Shown one piece after another: positions 24,929 to 31,791 of a stretch of DNA of 32,000 nt (positions are counted from its first letter, which is position 1; every line of letters starts with the position of its first letter). A program made the position numbers and the translations under genes. Under the pieces are notes generated by a model, which saw only the letters and a list, made by a program, of their open reading frames with translations, ran no database searches and had not been told where the DNA came from. Source of the stretch: Candidatus Saccharimonadota bacterium (GTDB taxonomy: Bacteria > Patescibacteriota > Saccharimonadia > Saccharimonadales > Saccharimonadaceae); NCBI GenBank assembly GCA_001029695.1, contig CP011211.1, positions 990,001-1,022,000 of the forward strand, written 5' to 3'.

Positions 24929-26854
24929 TTATGCCGTACGCCGAGGCGTTAGGCGTGTTTTGTTGAGTAATAACGAGCTGATGACTACAGATATAGAGCT
25001 AAATGCCATCGCGAGGCCAGCAAGTTCGGGGCTAAGTGTGAGGCCAAGACCAACGAAGACGCCAGCGGCAATAGGAATGCCGAGTATGTTGTAGATGAAT
25101 GCCCAAAATAGGTTGAGTTTGATGCGACCAAAGGTCTTTTGACTTAGTGCGAGTGCCTGCACGACATCCTGTAAGTTGTTTTTGACGAGGACAATACCGC
25201 CCGACTCAATCGCAATATCTGTACCTGAACCCATGGCGATACCAAGATCGGCAACAGCTAGTGCGGGTGCGTCATTGATACCATCACCCACAAAGGCGAC
25301 TTTGCCGTGCTGCTGTAATGATTTGACGTGATCAGCCTTGTCACTTGGCAATACGTCGGCAATTACTTCGTCAATGCCGACGATCTCAGCGATCGCTTGA
25401 GCTACACGCTCATTGTCACCGGTGATCATAACAGTACGGAGGCCGCGCTTTTTGAGAGCAGTGATCGCCACAGCAGATGTGGTTTTTGGTGCATCCTGAA
25501 TGGCAATGAGGCCAAGTGCTTTGTTGCTTTCGCCTACAATTACGACGGTTTTTGCTTCGCGTTGTAGGCGCTCCATCTCATGCTCAAGTTTTGCGTCGAG
25601 CTTTGTCGTCCCGAGCATTTTCGCATTGCCGATGAACGCGGATTTTTTCGCTACAGTAGCCATCACGCCCTTGCCTTCGACAGCCTTAAAGTTTTTGGCT
25701 TCTGCCACTTTAATACCAAGCGCCGCGGCTTTTTCCAGGATAGCGGCCGCAAGCGGATGCTCTGAGGAATGTTCAAGTGCAGCAGCGAGTGCTAGTACGG
25801 TTTTCTCGTCACCGATAATATCAGTGACGACAGGTTTACCGAGTGTAATTGTGCCAGTCTTATCGAAGACAACAGTCTGAATATCATTGGCGGCTTCAAG
25901 AACTTCACCGCTTTTTATGAGAATACCGAGCTTTGCGCCGCGTCCAGTACCTACCATGAGGGCGGTCGGCGTGGCTAGTCCAAGCGCACATGGACACGCA
26001 ATGATAACTACGGCGACCGCAAACAGCATTGCTGTCGCAGCATCGGCGCCAAGCAGTACAAACCAGACGACAAATGTGAGGATTGCGATGATGAGTACTG
26101 CGGGTACGAATATGTTTGATATTTTATCAACTGTCTTTTGAATTGGCGCACGACTTACTTGTGCTCGTTTTACCATATCGACAATCTGCGCAAGTAGCGT
26201 GTCGTTACCGATTTTAGTAGCCCTAAACATAAACGTACCGGATTTGTTAATTGTCGAGCCGATCACTGCATCACCGGTTTTCTTGGTAACTGGCATGCTT
26301 TCGCCCGTTACCATAGCTTCGTCAATGGTAGACGATCCTTCGGTGATTACACCGTCCACAGCGATCTTTTGTCCTGGTTTGACACGCAAGATATCACCAA
26401 CCACTACTTCAGCAAGCGGTACTCTAAATAGCTTGCCGTCTCTCAGCACTTCGGCGTCCTTAGCTTGCAGTCCAAGTAGTTTTTCTATGGCGCTACTTGC
26501 TCGGCCCTTCATCAACTCTTCGAACAGCTGACCGAGTAAGATGAAGGTAATCACAAATGAGGCCACCTCAAAGAATACAGGCTGATGAACGAGCATAGCA
26601 TAGATACTGTAAAGATATGCCGTGCTCGTACCGATCGCGATCAGAGTATCCATATTGGCGTTATGATTCTTGAAGGCTGCCCATGCAGTACGAATAAACG
26701 GCCATGCAGCAATAGCCATTACTGCCGTAGTGAGTAAGAACATTGTCCATGCGTGACCCGGTAGCTCAAAGCCAAATAGCGGCCGCAAGATCATCTCGAG
26801 TAGCATCGGCAGTGATACTATGAGTGAAAAGATGAAACGATTTTTGACGTTCAT
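24929..26854 (-). CDS. copA: Copper-translocating P1B-type ATPase without N-terminal heavy-metal-binding domain; start revised to ATG 26854
   Basis: CPC (IIACPCALGLATP), DKTGTIT, TGDN and GDGINDAP motifs. The N-terminus goes straight into TM helices with no MxCxxC. ATG 26854 overlaps the upstream stop as TAATG. Confidence 0.93.
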   Translation of the reverse strand: MNVKNRFIFSLIVSLPMLLEMILRPLFGFELPGHAWTMFLLTTAVMAIAAWPFIRTAWAAFKNHNANMDTLIAIGTSTAYLYSIYAMLVHQPVFFEVASFVITFILLGQLFEELMKGRASSAIEKLLGLQAKDAEVLRDGKLFRVPLAEVVVGDILRVKPGQKIAVDGVITEGSSTIDEAMVTGESMPVTKKTGDAVIGSTINKSGTFMFRATKIGNDTLLAQIVDMVKRAQVSRAPIQKTVDKISNIFVPAVLIIAILTFVVWFVLLGADAATAMLFAVAVVIIACPCALGLATPTALMVGTGRGAKLGILIKSGEVLEAANDIQTVVFDKTGTITLGKPVVTDIIGDEKTVLALAAALEHSSEHPLAAAILEKAAALGIKVAEAKNFKAVEGKGVMATVAKKSAFIGNAKMLGTTKLDAKLEHEMERLQREAKTVVIVGESNKALGLIAIQDAPKTTSAVAITALKKRGLRTVMITGDNERVAQAIAEIVGIDEVIADVLPSDKADHVKSLQQHGKVAFVGDGINDAPALAVADLGIAMGSGTDIAIESGGIVLVKNNLQDVVQALALSQKTFGRIKLNLFWAFIYNILGIPIAAGVFVGLGLTLSPELAGLAMAFSSISVVISSLLLNKTRLTPRRTA

Positions 26855-27228
26855 TACTTGATAATGACCTTTCCGTGAAACATGTTCATGCCACAAGAGT
26901 ACTGATACTCACCCGCTTTGCTTGTGTCGATCTCGATAGCGTGCTGCTCTCCGACGGGTAGCTCTTCGTTAATGCCAAAATCTGGGAATGTAACGTGCGA
27001 GAAACAACCCGATGGATCTTTGCGATCAAAAACAATATTTGCTGGTACGCCTTGCTTTAAGACAACAGTGTTTGGCGTGTAACCACCGCTTACTGTCACT
27101 TCTACTTTTTGTTCATTATTTTCTGACATCACTGCCTCCGTTTCACTTGATTGACGTTTACCAAAGAACCACCATAGGATGAACCCTATGAGTAAGGTGG
27201 CGCCGATGAGTACAAATAGTTTTTCCAT
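26854..27228 (-). CDS. Membrane-anchored cupredoxin-like copper-binding protein
   Basis: N-terminal TM helix, then EVTVSGGYTPNTVVLKQGVPANIVF...GCFSH...YQYSCGMNMFHGKVIIK. The Cys/His/Cys/Met ligand pattern fits cupredoxin-like domains commonly found next to copA. Confidence 0.8.
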   Translation of the reverse strand: MEKLFVLIGATLLIGFILWWFFGKRQSSETEAVMSENNEQKVEVTVSGGYTPNTVVLKQGVPANIVFDRKDPSGCFSHVTFPDFGINEELPVGEQHAIEIDTSKAGEYQYSCGMNMFHGKVIIK

Positions 27229-27240
27229 GTACGTTCCTTG

Positions 27241-27507
27241 TTATTTTCGCTTTAGTTTGTATACTTTTAATATTTCTTCGATAGCCTTGTCTTCTTCGTT
27301 GTTCTTTACCTGCTCGATGACGTGAGTGCATAGATGATTTTCGAGTAGTAGATCTTCTACTCCTGATAGCGCTGCTTTAACTGCTGAGGCTTGCGTGATA
27401 ACGTCGATACAATACGTGTCTTCTTCTACCATTTTTTGTAGGCCACGAACCTGACCTTCGATAAGTTTGAGGCGACGAATCGCGCTTGATTTCGTTTCTT
27501 TCTTCAT
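27241..27507 (-). CDS. csoR: CsoR-family copper-sensing repressor
   Basis: LKLIEGQVRGLQKMVEEDTYCIDVITQ...ENHLCTHV carries the C-H-C ligand pattern of CsoR/RcnR. Confidence 0.9.
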   Translation of the reverse strand: MKKETKSSAIRRLKLIEGQVRGLQKMVEEDTYCIDVITQASAVKAALSGVEDLLLENHLCTHVIEQVKNNEEDKAIEEILKVYKLKRK

Positions 27508-27513
27508 AACTCC

Positions 27514-27542
27514 AATGTACCCCCTGGGGGTATCTATGTCAA
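27514..27542 (-). promoter_or_regulatory. csoR operon promoter TTGACA-17-TACATT with CsoR-type palindrome TACCCCCTGGGGGTA in the spacer
   Basis: Reverse strand: TTGACA (27537-27542), then a spacer containing the 15-bp palindrome (27518-27532), then TACATT (27514-27519), then GGAGTT and ATG (27507). Confidence 0.8.
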
Positions 27543-27615
27543 CATCTATTTTCGCTAAAATGAGTCTGCGAGTTGTTCGATGCGCGTCTCATGGTGAAGT
27601 TTGTATATTAAAATA

Positions 27616-27644
27616 CAAATAAAAAATACATCCGCAACGGATAT
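27616..27644 (-). terminator. Orphan intrinsic terminator inside the ORF-free spacer
   Basis: Reverse strand: ATATCCG / TTG / CGGATGT (7 bp, one G-U), then ATTTTTTATTTG. No annotated gene ends here. Confidence 0.4.
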
Positions 27645-28114
27645 GCCTCATATGGTGGCTCTTACATATCTACTCTTTATACCTCCATAGTCGTGGAGAT
27701 AGCTCCTTAAGACTATTCTCTTATTCGACACGTAGCATCTTTAGCGCGTCAGAAGAACAATCAAACTATCTAACAGATAAGAAAAAGTTCCCTACTCTCA
27801 GTGGTGAAAATAAGACACTCATTCTAATCTGTAATTCTATTACGGTGCGATTTTACGCCGCAGTCCGAGCCAATTTTCGAAAAAATTCCTAAAGCTCAGC
27901 CCTGACGCCTTGCGAGTGTTTCACGCCTGCTCGCCCCACTCGAAAGCCCTTTGAATTATTTTTTATTCGCCGCCGAATTTCTTTTCTAGCTGGAAAGGAC
28001 TTGGCCGGCGGTTCACCTACCGCCCAAGGCAGTAGAGTCAACACGGCTTTAGCCGGTATAGCTGACGCGTTATGCGCCCTCGTCCCGAGAGTATTGCGAT
28101 TAACAAGAAAATTC

Positions 28115-28160
28115 AAATTACGCTATATCTGGTGTATATACACCAGATATAGCGTAATTT
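28115..28160. terminator. Perfect 46-bp palindrome (23-bp arms) acting as a bidirectional terminator
   Basis: AAATTACGCTATATCTGGTGTAT|ATACACCAGATATAGCGTAATTT. It is followed by TTTTGTTT on the plus strand and TTTGAATTTTCTTG on the minus strand. It lies 22 nt after the stop of 28183..28674. Confidence 0.75.
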
Positions 28161-28182
28161 TGTTTAACCCCTTGGATGGAGG

Positions 28183-28674
28183 TTATTTAACATCGGAAAA
28201 ATTCAATGTCTTCAGGAGCTTTCTCTTGGTTGGTGAGCCATTTGGGAGTTTATCGATTATGGTTATATCATCAAACACAACAGAATCACCTTTATTCAGA
28301 CGAACTGCTTCTTGAACAGTTGCATGTGCGCGATAGTTCTCAAGTATGTATTGAGGCTCATCAAAGATGGCATGTGCGTCCGAAAGGATACTTACTAAAC
28401 TAGTATGTAGCTCCTGTAGTTCATCATTCATAATCATTGTTGTTACATGCACTTCTCTGTTTGGGCCAAAAAACTCATCTTCTCCGGCAGTAAGAGAAAA
28501 GGTCTTAAGATTACTACAGAGTTGTTTTATTTTGCCCAACAAAGTATCGTCCATCCTTTCAAGCTGAAAGCTTGGAACAATAGTGATGTGTAGAGGGTAA
28601 TTTTCTGGCAGAAATTCATCTCCGTCTTGTAGTCTTTTCAATAGTTTAATGATTACATATCGTTGTGTTGTCAT
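28183..28674 (-). CDS. 2H phosphoesterase superfamily protein (LigT/ThpR-like 2',3'-cyclic phosphodiesterase / 2'-5' RNA ligase)
   Basis: Two H-x-T motifs at the expected spacing: PLHITIV and RAHATVQ. 163 aa. Confidence 0.8.
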   Translation of the reverse strand: MTTQRYVIIKLLKRLQDGDEFLPENYPLHITIVPSFQLERMDDTLLGKIKQLCSNLKTFSLTAGEDEFFGPNREVHVTTMIMNDELQELHTSLVSILSDAHAIFDEPQYILENYRAHATVQEAVRLNKGDSVVFDDITIIDKLPNGSPTKRKLLKTLNFSDVK

Positions 28675-28679
28675 TATTC

Positions 28680-29059
28680 TTATATCCTTTCAATCGTTAG
28701 TTGTATGCCGCATGACGCGAGGTCTTGGGAGTATATTTCAGAAAAATTTGAGATGGATAAATCGGGGTGCTTGATGCTGAGATGGTTGAAAACTCTATTT
28801 CTCATACATTCCCTGACAAATACGTATTTTTGGAGTTCATAGAGAATATGTAAGTCATTTCGACCTTGCTCGCGAATCTTTTGTTTCGTCATCTCTATCT
28901 TCTCATCTACAATCGCAAGCCTTGTGTCTCTAATATTTTCATAGTCGGATACTAACGGGCTACGGGGTATTCATTCTCCATCTTTCGGGCTGTATAGCTC
29001 TTTCCTGACGCTGAAGGGCCTGAAATTATTACGGGGCTGTCTCGTCTGTATTCAATCAT
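28680..29059 (-). pseudogene. PNK-like P-loop kinase split by a 1-nt frameshift at a C4 run (28964-28967)
   Basis: Frame 1 from ATG 29059 reads MIEYRRDSPVIISGPSASGKSYTARKMENEYPVAR*. The -1 frame continues RSPLVSDYENIRDTRLAIVDEKIEMTKQKIREQGRN... to 28680, which is the track ORF 28680..28892. The P-loop followed by SDYENIR resembles the GxxGxGKS...RDDxR pattern of polynucleotide kinase domains. Confidence 0.6.
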
Positions 29060-29149
29060 GTATATATTATACAATATTTTTCACTAAAAGAAGTCATCAG
29101 TATACTGTTGATGGTATGTCATAATAGAAGTTAGCTTACAGGAGGAAAA

Positions 29150-29698
29150 ATGATAGAAGTAGAACGAAAATACAGAGTTTCAGATAGTCAAAGTTACGTG
29201 AAGATTCTAGAGGAGATTGACGCACGAAACCTTGGCACAACAAGGCAGAAAGATCAGGTTTATTTACCTTCTTCTATCGGATCTTTTCGTGAATACGAGA
29301 AAGGTATGCCTATCGTACGTATACGCACCGAAGATGAAGCTGTTACATTGACGCTCAAAGCGGGCGGAGAGGCGCATTTTACTCACGAGGTTGAGACGAT
29401 TGTTTCGGATGCTGAGGCTACTAGCCAAATTATAGAGACTCTCTCTATGCATCAGGTCATGGTGATTGACAAGACACGCACAACCTACAGGTACGAGGGT
29501 TTTACTATTGCAATAGACCATGTTGTACATTTGGGTGATTTTCTCGAGGTCGAGATACTTGTTGATATAGAGTCAAAAGTAACAGAAGCGGTGGAGTTAA
29601 TCGACCTGTTTGCCAGCCAGAAGCTGGGATTATCATTAGACTCTGTCGAGAACGAACGATATGATGCATTACTTGAGCGTGCAAAGGTCGAGGAATAG
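29150..29698 (+). CDS. CYTH-domain protein (CyaB-like class IV adenylyl cyclase / triphosphate tunnel metalloenzyme)
   Basis: MIEVERKYRV (ExExK), IVRIRTE, LTLKAGG, HEVETIV and FLEVEIL follow the CYTH tunnel motif series. SD AGGAGG. Confidence 0.85.
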   Translation: MIEVERKYRVSDSQSYVKILEEIDARNLGTTRQKDQVYLPSSIGSFREYEKGMPIVRIRTEDEAVTLTLKAGGEAHFTHEVETIVSDAEATSQIIETLSMHQVMVIDKTRTTYRYEGFTIAIDHVVHLGDFLEVEILVDIESKVTEAVELIDLFASQKLGLSLDSVENERYDALLERAKVEE

Positions 29699-29888
29699 TT
29701 CTTGTCTGGAGAGTATCACAGGGAGATAAGCTCATCAGTATCTTCGATGCTAGTCCACACATTAAGACTTGTGTCATCTCTTAGTTCTCCATAAGCGGTT
29801 GTATAGACTTTGATATCGTCTATGTCGGCACGCTGTCTGTTTGATAAAGTTTATCGGACACAATAATACCTGATGAAAGTGAGCTATT

Positions 29889-30116
29889 ATGACTAATCCA
29901 GACCCATTTCACGATAGACACCTTTACGAAGATGAGGATGCTATTAATTCGGCATTGAACTACCTCAAAATAAATCATCCCGATGATGCTAATCGCAACT
30001 ATGCAATTGCATTCTTGAAGTTCATGCAACGCTTCGCGTTCCATGCAGAAAAGACTAAAGGATTCGACTACGATACATTGTTCGAGCAATTCAAGAAGTC
30101 AGAGCAAAAAGACTAA
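29889..30116 (+). CDS. Small helical protein, family copy 1 (75 aa)
   Basis: Paralogous to 30942..31199. MTN start, LNYLKINHPDDANRNYAIAFL vs LRYMQLNDPEHATPERAVRFL, and DYDTLFEQFKK vs DLDEFYKQFIK. Confidence 0.6.
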   Translation: MTNPDPFHDRHLYEDEDAINSALNYLKINHPDDANRNYAIAFLKFMQRFAFHAEKTKGFDYDTLFEQFKKSEQKD

Positions 30117-30748
30117 GCATCAAACATATCTTCTATGAGAGGATCGACTAGAACAGGTTGATCCTTTTTATTTTTCTCGATGCCAGTAACTCTTGATGTT
30201 CGTCTTTCGACTACTTTCTGTGTTGACTTTGGCTGCTCGGCTTTAGGTTCTTGTTTCGTGGCAAATGCTATTTGCGATACGGCTTTTACTGTCTGCGCGG
30301 TGTCCCTACTCCCTGCAGACTCAAGCAGTAGAGTCTGGCCTGAGAGTGGTTCCTGGGCTTTAATCGCTGACAGTTTCGCGTAGAAGTTATACGCAGGTAG
30401 GTTACTAATCTCTCCCTCGTCAATAAACGGCTTGAAAAGCGGCAATAATGCCTTTTCATCTTGAGGGTTCCCTGTTCTGAAGCAAATAACTGTTCCAACA
30501 TTGGCTAAGATTATACTCACCATTTGCTGGTCATCCTGCTGTGACGTTGATTGTTCTGCCATTGTGAGGAATAAACGGTATTTGCGAGCTTCTGAAAGCA
30601 TCTGGACAAATGATGCTGTCGCAAAGTTTTGGAACTCATCTACGTATAGGTAGTACGGTCGTCGATCCTCATGCTCGATTCGGGCACGACGAAGGCTGGC
30701 GAGTTGAAGTTTTGCGAGTACCGTAATACCGAATAGTTTTGAGAACCA
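30113..30748 (-). pseudogene. 5'-truncated type IV secretion coupling protein (VirD4/TraD/TraG-like ATPase) fragment
   Basis: The frame is open from 30748 with no start codon: FGITVLAKLQLASLRRARIEHEDRRPYYLYVDEFQNFATASFVQMLSEARKYRLFL...NVGTVICFRTGNPQDEKAL. It has Walker B (YLYVDEF) and the SEARKY region, but no Walker A or N-terminal TM part. Confidence 0.7.
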
Positions 30749-30941
30749 CTAAAAACAGCCCACTACCAGAGGTAAATGAGCTGTTTAAATTGAAAACTTC
30801 GTTTCTATCTACGTATGGTGAGCCATGTGGATATTACCTGGAACTCTTTTCTACCCTATTTGATCAAACTGACCGACAGACTTGAAGACCTTGGTTTTCG
30901 GTATGTTGATAATAAAGTAATCGTACTAAAGGAGGAAACAG

Positions 30942-31199
30942 ATGACAAATGATATAATTAGAATAATGAAGAAAGTTGATGAGCAAATCGGTTACGACCT
31001 CAACGAGCAGGATATTGGCGCAGTATTGCGCTATATGCAGTTGAACGACCCCGAACACGCTACGCCAGAAAGAGCGGTGCGCTTTTTGGTGACATGGAAG
31101 AAAAGTCTTCGCAAGCGTGATATCAACAGTCCTCTTGAAGCCGATCTCGATGAGTTTTACAAACAATTCATCAAGACCGACTTAGAACAATCTGAATAG
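30942..31199 (+). CDS. Small helical protein, family copy 2 (85 aa)
   Basis: AGGAGG lies 6 nt upstream. Paralog of 29889..30116. Confidence 0.65.
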   Translation: MTNDIIRIMKKVDEQIGYDLNEQDIGAVLRYMQLNDPEHATPERAVRFLVTWKKSLRKRDINSPLEADLDEFYKQFIKTDLEQSE

Positions 31200-31209
31200 G
31201 CGGCCTGTT

Positions 31210-31774
31210 ATGTCGCGTCGTTCTCATAAAAGTGGTCGCGGAAGTGCAATCGTCATTATAGTGGTTGCTGCTGCCGTCATAATGTACTCGCAAGGCTGGT
31301 CGAGTACTGCAATATTCAACACCCTTGTCATCGGCTTGCTATTGATAGTAGTGGTAGGAATCTTTTACCGCCCTATCATTGGAGTGTTTCGTATCATCAG
31401 AGGATTGATACAAAAAACAGAGGCTCAAGCACATTGCTCGCTCAAACTTACCGATTGAAGCTATGACATGGGCGGAGTTTGAATACTTTGTTGCCGACTG
31501 GCTGAGGAATCGAGGCTATACCGATGTACGGCTCACTGAACACTATGATTTGGGCGTTGATATTGTTGCCAAGAAAGACGGCATTACGTGGGGCGTGCAA
31601 GTGAAACATTATAGTGGTTTGGTCGGTATTGAAGCAGTGCGACAAGTAGTTGTCGCACTCAAAAAGTACAAATGTGATCGTGCGATGGTCGTGACTAATA
31701 GTGTCTTTTCGCGGCCAGCTATTGAAATCGCTAATAGCCAAGATTGCGTGCTTATTGACGGTTCAAAACTGTAG
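31210..31774 (+). pseudogene. TM-anchored Mrr_cat restriction-endonuclease-like protein split by a frameshift at an A6 run (31412-31417)
   Basis: ORF 31210..31458 encodes two TM helices. ORF 31463..31774 encodes MTWAEFEYFVADWLRNRGY...GVDIVAKKDG...VQVKHY...VVTNSVFSRPAIE...LIDGSKL, an Mrr_cat core. The second frame is already open from 31409 (YKKQRLKHIARSNLPIEAM...), so removing one A fuses the two ORFs. Confidence 0.6.
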
Positions 31775-31791
31775 TTGCCGTACTAGAGGTA

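Noticed and set aside
25328-26531. Several plus-strand ORFs inside copA
   Set aside because: They are antisense to a P-type ATPase that has all canonical motifs.
27653-27760. Possible tmRNA/tRNA 3' end (reverse strand ...GTAAGAGCCACCA followed by a terminator)
   Set aside because: No T-arm (GGTTCGAATCC-like) precedes it. The acceptor would lack the G3-U70 pair required for tmRNA. No 5' GGGG partner or tag ORF was found.
27889-28315. Track ORFs 27889..28116 (-) and 28001..28315 (+)
   Set aside because: They are mutually antisense, Arg/Ala/Pro-rich translations of a GC-rich structured segment. They have no SD or promoter. The plus ORF runs through the 46-bp palindrome and into the 2H gene.
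29716-29850. 45-codon open frame on the minus strand (…DIDDIKVYTTAYGELRDDTSLNVWTSIEDTDELISL*)
   Set aside because: The composition is protein-like but there is no start codon of any kind. It is probably a gene remnant in the decayed island and is not annotatable.
29820-30089. 89-aa minus-strand ORF
   Set aside because: It is antisense to 29889..30116, which has a paralog at 30942..31199. It has no translation signals.
30824-30961. 45-aa plus-strand ORF (MVSHVDITWNSFLPYLIKLTDRLEDLGFRYVDNKVIVLKEETDDK)
   Set aside because: It has no SD and overlaps the SD and start of the next gene. It may be real or a remnant, and cannot be supported from sequence alone.
30864-31166. 100-aa minus-strand ORF
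   Set aside because: It is antisense to the SD-preceded paralog gene 30942..31199.
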